Below, piece after piece: positions 56,640 through 64,000 of a stretch of DNA of 64,000 nucleotides; the stretch's first letter is position 1, and each line of letters starts with the position of its first letter. The translations under genes and the position numbers were made by a program. The notes below the pieces were generated by a model. It was not told where the DNA came from and ran no database searches. It worked only from the letters and a program-made list of their open reading frames with translations. The stretch lies in the IMG/VR virus record IMGVR_UViG_3300012979_000038, positions 1-64,000 of that record. One strand, written 5' to 3'. This DNA comes from a virus.

Positions 56640-57632
56640 ATGAAAAGTTTAACCCAACATATAACAGAGAAACTTGTATTAACTAATAAATCAAAAATAC
56701 GAGGAAAACATACATATAATTATTTTCCAAAAGATTTGAATGAATTACGTGACATCATGTATAAATTAATTGATGAACGAGGAAATAAAGCAAACTTGAA
56801 CGATATTGATGTTTCTAATATAACAACATTAGAAGGATTATTTAGAGAGTTTGATGAGTTTAACGGTGATATTTCGCAATGGGACGTTAGTAATGTTTTG
56901 ATTATGACAGATACATTTGCTGTATCTGAATTTACTGGTGATATTTCTCAGTGGGATGTTTCTAGTGTTACTAATATGCAACGCATGTTTCATGATTCAG
57001 AATTTGATGGAGATATTTCAGATTGGAACGTTCGTAATGTAGAGAATATGATTGATATGTTTAATGGCAGCAAATTTACTGGTGATTTAAATAAATGGGA
57101 TGTTAGTAAAGTAAAAGATATGTCAGGTATGTTTGGTGAATCTATATTTGAAGGTAATATTTCTGATTGGAACACGAAAGCAGTTGAGCGTATGGATTGC
57201 ATGTTTGAAGATAATTTGGTATGGAATGGCGATATATCTAAATGGGATGTTTCTAATGTTATTTCAATGATACGTATGTTTCATTATTCAGGATTTACCG
57301 GTAAACATGGTTCATTAAAAAATTGGAATGTTGAAAAGGTAATAGATGCACAATTAATGTTTGCCGAAACTGAGTTTAACGGTGATCTATCTGGTTGGAA
57401 ACTTAAAAGCGCAAAAACTATTAGATCCATGTTTTTACGTTCATCTTTTAATAATGACAGTATTAAAGATTGGAATAAATATTTAAACAGTGTAAGAAAT
57501 ATGAATTTCATGTTTTCTGAAACCAAATTTTCACAAGATTTATCTCATTGGACTATTGATAAACGATGCGACTTTGTTGGAATGTTTGATGATTGTCCTA
57601 TAAAAGAAGAATATAAACCAAAATTTAAATAA
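56640..57632 (+). CDS. DUF285-repeat protein, paralog 2
   Basis: N-terminus MKSLTQHITEKLVLTNKSKIRG; repeats GDISQWDVSNV; C-terminus CPIKEEYKPKFK. Confidence 0.7.
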   Translation: MKSLTQHITEKLVLTNKSKIRGKHTYNYFPKDLNELRDIMYKLIDERGNKANLNDIDVSNITTLEGLFREFDEFNGDISQWDVSNVLIMTDTFAVSEFTGDISQWDVSSVTNMQRMFHDSEFDGDISDWNVRNVENMIDMFNGSKFTGDLNKWDVSKVKDMSGMFGESIFEGNISDWNTKAVERMDCMFEDNLVWNGDISKWDVSNVISMIRMFHYSGFTGKHGSLKNWNVEKVIDAQLMFAETEFNGDLSGWKLKSAKTIRSMFLRSSFNNDSIKDWNKYLNSVRNMNFMFSETKFSQDLSHWTIDKRCDFVGMFDDCPIKEEYKPKFK

Positions 57633-57633
57633 T

Positions 57634-58332
57634 ATGAAAAGTCTAACACAACATATAACAGAAAAACTTGTACTAAACTCCAATTCAAAGATTAGAAAAA
57701 ACAAAGAATATAATTATCATCCTAAAACAAGAGCTGAACTAAAAAAACTAATAGAACAACTTATTAAAGAACGTGGTTATGAAGCAGATTTAAACGATAT
57801 CGATACATCTTTAATAACAGATATGTCAAGTTTATTTTTTGGATCGTATTTTAATGGAAATATATCTGAATGGGATGTAAGTAATGTTGATAATATGGAT
57901 GGAATGTTCAATGGATGTAAATTTACAGGCGAAAATGGAGATATATCTGGATGGAATGTAAATAATGTAGAAGATATGAGTTTTATGTTTAGTGATTCTG
58001 AATTTAACGGTGATATATCTGATTGGAATGTATGTAAAGTACAGAACATGACATGTATGTTTTTAAACTCAAAATTTAATGGAGATTTATCTAAATGGAA
58101 TGTTGGCAATGTAAAATATATGACAAGTATGTTTAAAGAATCTGAATTTACTGGAGAAAATGGAGATATATCTAATTGGGATTTACACAGTATATCTATG
58201 ATTGATGAGATTTTTAAACAAACAAAATTCAATAAAGATATATCTAAATGGAATATTAATAAAAATTGCTCAACAGTAGATATGTTTAAGGAATGTCCTA
58301 TAAAAGAAGAATATAAACCTAAGCTTAAATGA
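57634..58332 (+). CDS. DUF285-repeat protein, paralog 3
   Basis: N-terminus MKSLTQHITEKLVLNSNSKIRK; C-terminus CPIKEEYKPKLK. Confidence 0.7.
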   Translation: MKSLTQHITEKLVLNSNSKIRKNKEYNYHPKTRAELKKLIEQLIKERGYEADLNDIDTSLITDMSSLFFGSYFNGNISEWDVSNVDNMDGMFNGCKFTGENGDISGWNVNNVEDMSFMFSDSEFNGDISDWNVCKVQNMTCMFLNSKFNGDLSKWNVGNVKYMTSMFKESEFTGENGDISNWDLHSISMIDEIFKQTKFNKDISKWNINKNCSTVDMFKECPIKEEYKPKLK

Positions 58333-58334
58333 TT

Positions 58335-59156
58335 ATGAAAACATTAAACCAATATATAGAAGAGAAACTTGTTTTGAATTCTAATTCAAAGATTAGGAAA
58401 CAACATTATAATTATCATCCCAAAACAAGAGATGAGCTAAAAGAAATAGTTAAAAAACTTATTGAAGAAAGAGGTAATGAAGCTAACTTAAACGATATTA
58501 ACACATCTTCAATAACAGATATGTCAAATATGTTTGAAAATATAAAATTTGTAGGTGATATTTCAGGCTGGGATGTTAGCAACGTTACTAATATGAGTTG
58601 GATGTTTTATAAATCTGAATTCAATGGAGATATATCTAAATGGGATGTTAGTAATATTGAAGTCATGTATTGTATGTTTGCACGTTCAAAGTTTAACGGC
58701 GACATATCTGATTGGGATGTAAGAAAAGTTAAAGATGTATCAGGGATGTTTGAAGAATCTAAATTTAATATGGATATATCTAAATGGGATGTTAGAAACG
58801 TAGAAAACATGTCACATATGTTTCATAAATCTGAATTTAATGGAGATATATCGCAATGGGATGTTAGTAGTGTTACTAAAATGACTGCTATGTTTAATAC
58901 GTCTTCTTTTAACGGAGATATTTCTAAATGGAAAGTTGACTCAGTTAAAGATATGGGATATATGTTTTATGAATCTAAATTCAATGGAGATATATCCAAA
59001 TGGAATGTGGATAAAGTAGAAGATATGAGGGCAATGTTTAAAAAATCAAAATTTAATAAAGATATATCTGGTTGGAATATTTTGATGATGTGTGATATTG
59101 CGAATATGTTTAAACAATGTCCTATAAAAGAAGAATATAAACCTAAGTTTAAATAA
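58335..59156 (+). CDS. DUF285-repeat protein, paralog 4
   Basis: MKTLNQYIEEKLVLNSNSKIRK taken as the start; the ORF opens 2 codons earlier with ATGA overlap. C-terminus CPIKEEYKPKFK. Confidence 0.7.
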   Translation: MKTLNQYIEEKLVLNSNSKIRKQHYNYHPKTRDELKEIVKKLIEERGNEANLNDINTSSITDMSNMFENIKFVGDISGWDVSNVTNMSWMFYKSEFNGDISKWDVSNIEVMYCMFARSKFNGDISDWDVRKVKDVSGMFEESKFNMDISKWDVRNVENMSHMFHKSEFNGDISQWDVSSVTKMTAMFNTSSFNGDISKWKVDSVKDMGYMFYESKFNGDISKWNVDKVEDMRAMFKKSKFNKDISGWNILMMCDIANMFKQCPIKEEYKPKFK

Positions 59157-59157
59157 T

Positions 59158-60201
59158 ATGAAAACATTAAAGCAATATATAGTAGAGAAACTCGTTTTAA
59201 CTAACAATACAAAGATTAGAAAACGAGAATATAATTATCATCCAGAAACGAAAGATGAGTTAAAAAAATTAGTTAAAAAACTCATAGAAGAACGAGGAGA
59301 TAATGCAGATTTAAATGATATTGACGTTTCAGAAATAACTGATATGTCTAGCTTATTTAGTTTTTCTCATTTTAACGGAGATATATCTGGTTGGGACGTT
59401 AGTAATGTTAAAGATATGTCCCATATGTTTTCAAGTAGTTATAAGTTTAACGGTGATATATCAAATTGGGATGTTGGTAATGTAACTAATATGAGTTGGA
59501 TGTTTAATTTTTCTAAATTTGATGGTGATATATCTAGATGGGATGTTAGTAATGTTACTAACATGGACGGTATGTTTAATGATTCACATTTTATGGGAGA
59601 TATATCTAAATGGGACACAAGTAAATGCAAATCTATGATTATTATGTTTGAATCTTCAAGTTTCGATGGAGATATTTCTAAGTGGAATGTAAGTTCTGTT
59701 GAAAATATGGGCTCTATGTTTAAGAAGTCACAATTCAATGGAGACATATCTGAATGGGATGTAAGTTCAGTCAAAAATATGGGTTGGATGTTTGAAGAAT
59801 CAAAATTTAATGGTGATTTATCTAAATGGAATGTGAGTTCTGTAGAAAAAATGACAAATATGTTCCATAGTTCTAAATTCAATGGAGATATATCAAAATG
59901 GAATGTCGGTAAAGTTACTGACATGTCCGGTATGTTTACTAAAACTAATTTTAATGGAGATATAAGTAAATGGGATGTTAGTAATGTTACTGACATGCTA
60001 TGTATGTTTGGTTGGTCTAAATTCAATGGAGATATAAGTAAATGGAATGTTAGAAATGTTGAAAATATGGAATCAATGTTTAACAAAACTGAATTCAACA
60101 GAGATATATCTAAATGGGACGTAACATCTGTTAAAACATTTAATAATATATTCTATGAATGTCCAATAAAAGAAGAATATAAACCAAAGTTTAAAAAATA
60201 A
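59158..60201 (+). CDS. DUF285-repeat protein, paralog 5 (longest repeat array)
   Basis: N-terminus MKTLKQYIVEKLVLTNNTKIRK; about 12 repeats; C-terminus CPIKEEYKPKFKK. Confidence 0.7.
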   Translation: MKTLKQYIVEKLVLTNNTKIRKREYNYHPETKDELKKLVKKLIEERGDNADLNDIDVSEITDMSSLFSFSHFNGDISGWDVSNVKDMSHMFSSSYKFNGDISNWDVGNVTNMSWMFNFSKFDGDISRWDVSNVTNMDGMFNDSHFMGDISKWDTSKCKSMIIMFESSSFDGDISKWNVSSVENMGSMFKKSQFNGDISEWDVSSVKNMGWMFEESKFNGDLSKWNVSSVEKMTNMFHSSKFNGDISKWNVGKVTDMSGMFTKTNFNGDISKWDVSNVTDMLCMFGWSKFNGDISKWNVRNVENMESMFNKTEFNRDISKWDVTSVKTFNNIFYECPIKEEYKPKFKK

Positions 60202-60204
60202 AAA

Positions 60205-60240
60205 AGAGTTACAGAAAATCTGTAACTCTTTGTTTTATAA
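60205..60240. terminator. bidirectional terminator
   Basis: AGAGTTACAGAAAATCTGTAACTCT followed by TTGTTTTAT. Confidence 0.6.
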
Positions 60241-60257
60241 TATCTCTATTCTAAAAA

Positions 60258-61355
60258 TTAGAATGGAAGATCTGTATCATCGTCATCTGCACCAAAACTA
60301 TCGAAAGTTGCAGTTGAACCACCATGAACTTGAGTAGGTTCTGGAGCAGTAGTTTGCTCTGTCAAAGCCGCTGGTGCAGAATTAACTGTTGCAGGATTAT
60401 TACCGTTAAGAACTACTTCAATCCAACGATTTACACGTTCTTTCAATTCGTCGTTCCACTCCTTGTAACCAAGGTGCTCAGTAAGATTTGGACATACAGT
60501 CTTAATGTTATCCAAAACTCGTTTGTAGATTTTCTTAAGAGCTGCTGTGTTTGGATCTGCATTTACTTCTTCCAATAATGCTGTACGAGTTTCAGCATCC
60601 TTAGATTTCCAAACCTTATTCATCTTTGTTACATAAGTATCAAGTACTTCAGTTTCGTCATCATTCAACATTGATGAACCATCTGGGTTTACACAAGATA
60701 CTACTTCATCGCTAAACTCACCAACATACTTGGTTTCACGAGTATAACGTTCTTCACCTGGTTTACCTGGACCTGGTTGAACCTCAAGTTCAATTGCTCT
60801 ACCGAACAAGAAATCCATAACTGGAATTGATGCTTTCTTTGCATCAGATGGATTCATCTTTGCATTGATAATATCCCAAATTGACTTAGGAAGCTTCCAG
60901 AAAAGATACTTACCTACCAAATCAGGTTTGTTCTCATCTTCCAATACTTGGATAGTTACATAACGAGTAAATCGCTTGTCGAACATTTGGTTACCACCCT
61001 TGTCTGCACCTGCTTGTTGTTTCCACAATGCTGAACCCTCATCTGCATAACGGCATTTCTTCCATGCCTTAAAGATAGGACAATTGGTGTCATTTACAGT
61101 AAGTGAAGATACTGCTTGGAACCAACCCTTCTCATCTTGCATAGAATAAGCTTGTTGCTCGATAACTGAGTTCTTTAGATCAAATGGATTGTAAATTACT
61201 TTAATGGTAGCACGATATACACCATCTTCTGCAACTGAATCTGCAGGACGTGGACGATAGATTAGTGGGTCCGCGTTAGAAGTTTTTTGTTCTGTTTGGT
61301 TAAAAACTGTTAATTGTGAGGGATCAAAGCCCAATACGTCATTTTCTGTCATCAT
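60258..61355 (-). CDS. single-stranded DNA-binding protein (T4 gp32-like)
   Basis: KYLFWKLPKSIWDIINAKM versus T4 gp32 KVFKWLMPKPLWDKINAM. Acidic C-terminal tail FGADDDDTDLPF as in gp32. Confidence 0.65.
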   Translation of the reverse strand: MMTENDVLGFDPSQLTVFNQTEQKTSNADPLIYRPRPADSVAEDGVYRATIKVIYNPFDLKNSVIEQQAYSMQDEKGWFQAVSSLTVNDTNCPIFKAWKKCRYADEGSALWKQQAGADKGGNQMFDKRFTRYVTIQVLEDENKPDLVGKYLFWKLPKSIWDIINAKMNPSDAKKASIPVMDFLFGRAIELEVQPGPGKPGEERYTRETKYVGEFSDEVVSCVNPDGSSMLNDDETEVLDTYVTKMNKVWKSKDAETRTALLEEVNADPNTAALKKIYKRVLDNIKTVCPNLTEHLGYKEWNDELKERVNRWIEVVLNGNNPATVNSAPAALTEQTTAPEPTQVHGGSTATFDSFGADDDDTDLPF

Positions 61356-61471
61356 AATTTCAAATGTTTGTTAAATAAATTTTTAATTAAAATGTTAAAC
61401 TAAATTGTTAAACTAACTTGTTAAATATTTGATAAATTAATATAGTCTTGTTAAAAGACATATTTCAAATC
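61356..61471 (-). promoter_or_regulatory. SSB leader with five TGTTAAA repeats (mRNA sense UUUAACA) and a 5' hairpin: candidate translational operator
   Basis: TGTTAAA at about 61369, 61393, 61406, 61419 and 61449. Hairpin GTCTT-GTTAAA-AGAC at 61445..61459. Confidence 0.45.
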
Positions 61472-61765
61472 TTATGAAAAATATTTTGCTAAAAATTCAA
61501 AATAGTCTTTTAACATTTTTGTTCGTTTACTTTTCTTAGTCTTTGCCAAATTTTGCATTTTATCGTTTTCGCATCTTTCCAAAAGTTGTTTACCGATATT
61601 GTCCCAGCAACCCATAAAAATTGCTTGTAATTCTACAAATATATCCTCAACTTCCTTTTCAGTTTTATAATCAAGATTTTCTGCATTTTCTTTACACCAA
61701 TTCTTAACTAATTCTGAAACTGAGTTTTTAGATTCTAACAATATTTTATCCTTAAGTGTTTTCAT
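61472..61765 (-). CDS. small protein, N-terminus MKTLKDKILLES (CTS-like)
   Basis: 97-aa ORF. Confidence 0.4.
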   Translation of the reverse strand: MKTLKDKILLESKNSVSELVKNWCKENAENLDYKTEKEVEDIFVELQAIFMGCWDNIGKQLLERCENDKMQNLAKTKKSKRTKMLKDYFEFLAKYFS

Positions 61766-61767
61766 TT

Positions 61768-62106
61768 TTACATAATTCCAAGTGTATTTGGTACAGCTCC
61801 TGCTATAGGATTACCTAAATTTGTTCCGGGTGGTATAACGGCTTGTTGAGCTACCGGCGAACCTGTAGTTAAAATCACCCCGTAAATACAACCGCATTTT
61901 ATGTAATAATCTATTGCAGACGATAATTGTTCAGCCCATGATTCAGAAACTAAATCGCAAAATGTTTGACCAAATTCTTTAGCCTTTTCTTTTCCAATTT
62001 CAGATGAACCAGGAAACAATCCTAAAAGTGATTGTTCAAATGCATCAGGAATAGTTTGATCAAAACAATCTTTTATTTTTTGTTTAAGACTTGCTTGATT
62101 TAACAT
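61768..62106 (-). CDS. hypothetical protein
   Basis: 112-aa ORF. Confidence 0.4.
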   Translation of the reverse strand: MLNQASLKQKIKDCFDQTIPDAFEQSLLGLFPGSSEIGKEKAKEFGQTFCDLVSESWAEQLSSAIDYYIKCGCIYGVILTTGSPVAQQAVIPPGTNLGNPIAGAVPNTLGIM

Positions 62107-62111
62107 TTACA

Positions 62112-62504
62112 TTATTTGTTGTTATACAACCATTTTGTATACTCAACAAGAGATATTTTTATATTATCACGTTGTTTTTGGCTCAAATATGAAGTATCAT
62201 ATCTTTTAAGATATTCATTAACAATAGTTTCAACTTTATCTTCTAAAGATACTTCTTCATCATTTTGTTTATTATTTGCTAATGCTTCTGCTTCATCTAA
62301 TTGAGCTTTCACTGTTGCCAAATCAGCACCAATTAATGAATTCATCCAAATAGACAAAAATGGATTATCTGATGTCATTTCTTCAAAGTTATTAAGTAAT
62401 TCTTTACATTTACGAATTGCTTCTGGATTTGTTAAATCCAATTCTTTCATATTACCATTTTCATCCATGAAATATGATAAATTCTCTAGCATGTTATTAA
62501 TCAT
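62112..62504 (-). CDS. hypothetical protein
   Basis: 130-aa ORF with a class B motif 18 nt upstream. Confidence 0.4.
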   Translation of the reverse strand: MINNMLENLSYFMDENGNMKELDLTNPEAIRKCKELLNNFEEMTSDNPFLSIWMNSLIGADLATVKAQLDEAEALANNKQNDEEVSLEDKVETIVNEYLKRYDTSYLSQKQRDNIKISLVEYTKWLYNNK

Positions 62505-62521
62505 TTCTCTATATATAAAAG

Positions 62522-62539
62522 TTTATTTATATAAAAATA
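62522..62539 (-). promoter_or_regulatory. class B motif (exact)
   Basis: TTTATTTATATAAAAATA on the plus strand. Confidence 0.5.
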
Positions 62540-62555
62540 TTATTTTTCAGTTATT

Positions 62556-63230
62556 TTATTCAATTTTTGTAATATATTCTTCTGCTATATGTGCAAAAAC
62601 TGTTGGGTTTTCTACATAACTTGATACAGGTACATACTCCTTTTTATAGAATAAATTAACTTTAGAAGTATCTATCGTGTAGTTTTCAATGCATTCATAA
62701 ACTTCTTCTTCACCTTCAAACAATGTGTGAACCTTTTTGTATTCGTTTAGCTTTAACATTTTTGCTAGTCGTTGCCAAACCATCAAATCTTCAAAACTCA
62801 TACGAGATACATAAGAACCTTGTTGTTCGTCAGGGAAAAACATTCGAGAGAAATTCCAAACACCATTGTCATCTTTATATGCAACTACTTCTTTGTATTT
62901 CTTTAATTCTTCATAAGATATAATATTCTCTTGATTAATAAATTCGAAAAATACGTCAAGAGGATTAATATCTGTTGTATTTAAAGAAAAACCTGCAATA
63001 GTGAAGAAACTAAACTTCATTTGGTCATATATACATTGATTGATATCGCGAGCAGTGAACTCACAACGGTCAGGATCTAACTTCATACGTTCATATGAAT
63101 AACGAACAATATCTTCTGCATGTGAATGAGAAGCAATTGTATGACGTCCTATTGCATATCGATAAGACATCCAAATCAACGTTTCTTCATAAGAAGATAA
63201 CGGTTCTAATTTTTGTTGTTTTCTTGCCAT
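62556..63230 (-). CDS. hypothetical protein (replication-region gene)
   Basis: 224-aa ORF near the SSB gene. Confidence 0.4.
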   Translation of the reverse strand: MARKQQKLEPLSSYEETLIWMSYRYAIGRHTIASHSHAEDIVRYSYERMKLDPDRCEFTARDINQCIYDQMKFSFFTIAGFSLNTTDINPLDVFFEFINQENIISYEELKKYKEVVAYKDDNGVWNFSRMFFPDEQQGSYVSRMSFEDLMVWQRLAKMLKLNEYKKVHTLFEGEEEVYECIENYTIDTSKVNLFYKKEYVPVSSYVENPTVFAHIAEEYITKIE

Positions 63231-63616
63231 GTTGCTATATTTAATAAAGTTTTCATTTCATTAACTAATCTCATAGAATTTTCCAAAAAATCATTTACTG
63301 GAATAACTATAATTGTTTCCTTTTTATCAGTCGAATACGCATTAGAATAAACGGTTACATAAATATATGTGTCATTATAGCTTTCAGAAAAATTAATTCC
63401 GGATGCATCACCGTTATTGGTTATTTCACTAAAAAATGTCATGTCATCATATGCAATTGTTCCATTTCTATACTGGTATATTTGATAAAACAATGGTAGG
63501 TTTTCGGTTATACAATTATTTAAAAATGATAAAACAAATTCATGTATAGCCAAATCAATTTCACATTTAGTTTTCATAAATGCTTTAAACATATCCTTAT
63601 TGACTTTCGAAATCAT
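63206..63616 (-). CDS. hypothetical protein
   Basis: 136-aa ORF. Confidence 0.4.
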   Translation of the reverse strand: MISKVNKDMFKAFMKTKCEIDLAIHEFVLSFLNNCITENLPLFYQIYQYRNGTIAYDDMTFFSEITNNGDASGINFSESYNDTYIYVTVYSNAYSTDKKETIIVIPVNDFLENSMRLVNEMKTLLNIATWQENNKN

Positions 63617-63945
63617 ATCAAATTTGTGTTTAAAATGTAAAGTAATGAAGTTTCTAGTGTTCTATAAAAGGAATCACCTATACCTTTGAAATATTCATGT
63701 GGCATTCCATCTTCATCTTTAGTATAAATCGTTACATTAAACTTTTCACCTAAGTGTTTATCTGGTGCTGGAAAAATTGAAATATAAATATGTTTTTTAT
63801 CTCTCAACCATTCTTCTAAAACATCAGCATCAGGTGTATATCGTTTTTCATTATCATAAGTTTTAAATTGTGAATCTGACCACTCATAAAAACCTGCTTC
63901 AATTAATTTATCTACAGTTTCTTTAGAATAATAGTTTGCTATCAT
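63613..63945 (-). CDS. hypothetical protein
   Basis: 110-aa ORF. Confidence 0.4.
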   Translation of the reverse strand: MIANYYSKETVDKLIEAGFYEWSDSQFKTYDNEKRYTPDADVLEEWLRDKKHIYISIFPAPDKHLGEKFNVTIYTKDEDGMPHEYFKGIGDSFYRTLETSLLYILNTNLI

Positions 63946-64000
63946 TATTTATTCAAATTTTCGTATTTAACATCAAGATTAACATTACCTTCAACTAAAT

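Noticed and set aside
56990-60098. Minus-strand ORFs (56990..57202, 57284..57526, 57777..58232, 58607..58810, 58967..59167, 59439..60098) and 53244..53468 inside the DUF285 genes
   Set aside because: They are antisense to strongly supported repeat-protein genes. Their ISPLNLD-type low-complexity translations are the reverse-complement reading of the GDISxWDV repeats, so they are artefacts of the repeats.
1-64000. CRISPR array, integrase/attachment site, rRNA
   Set aside because: No spaced direct repeats of CRISPR type were seen, no tyrosine or serine recombinase signature, and no rRNA-like GC-rich conserved blocks. The window looks like a lytic-phage gene set.

Overview
AT-rich (~30% GC) 64-kb window of a large virulent tailed phage, read from sequence only. 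Minus- and plus-strand gene blocks alternate. Several genes are recognisably T4-like: gp20-like portal, gp32-like SSB with an acidic tail, gp5-N-terminal-like OB domain, anaerobic RNR NrdD, an Rnl2-type RNA ligase with a PNK-like kinase, and an Alt/C3-like ADP-ribosyltransferase. There is also a sigma-70-family factor, a stand-alone C-terminal fragment of a family-B DNA polymerase (motifs B, C and KKRY but no motif A), and a long minus-strand structural module with a 2855-aa protein, collagen-like/Big_2 and LRR fibre proteins and a beta-helix protein. Accessory genes: UDP-galactopyranose mutase (Glf), a GT2 glycosyltransferase, a DHH/DHHA1 phosphoesterase, a SEC-C motif protein, an OMP-like beta-barrel, two lipoproteins, a TM2 protein and a T5orf172/GIY-YIG protein. 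No Shine-Dalgarno sequences are present and the promoters have a Bacteroidetes-like TTTG-N19-TAnnTT architecture, which points to a Bacteroidetes host; this is inference. Three findings stand out. (1) Five paralogous DUF285-repeat proteins, the ADP-ribosyltransferase and two or three small proteins share an N-terminal MK[ST]L.x[YH]I.E leader. It closely resembles the T4 capsid-targeting sequence with an (I/L)-x-E prohead-protease cleavage site, so this may be a cohort of packaged/injected proteins. (2) Two conserved promoter-like families are present: a ~46-nt class A motif (9 copies) and an 18-nt class B motif containing TATAAATA (4 copies). (3) The SSB leader carries five TGTTAAA repeats, reminiscent of the T4 gene 32 translational operator. 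A tRNA-like element (CCA end, good T-arm) sits in a divergent intergenic region. No CRISPR array, integrase or rRNA was seen.
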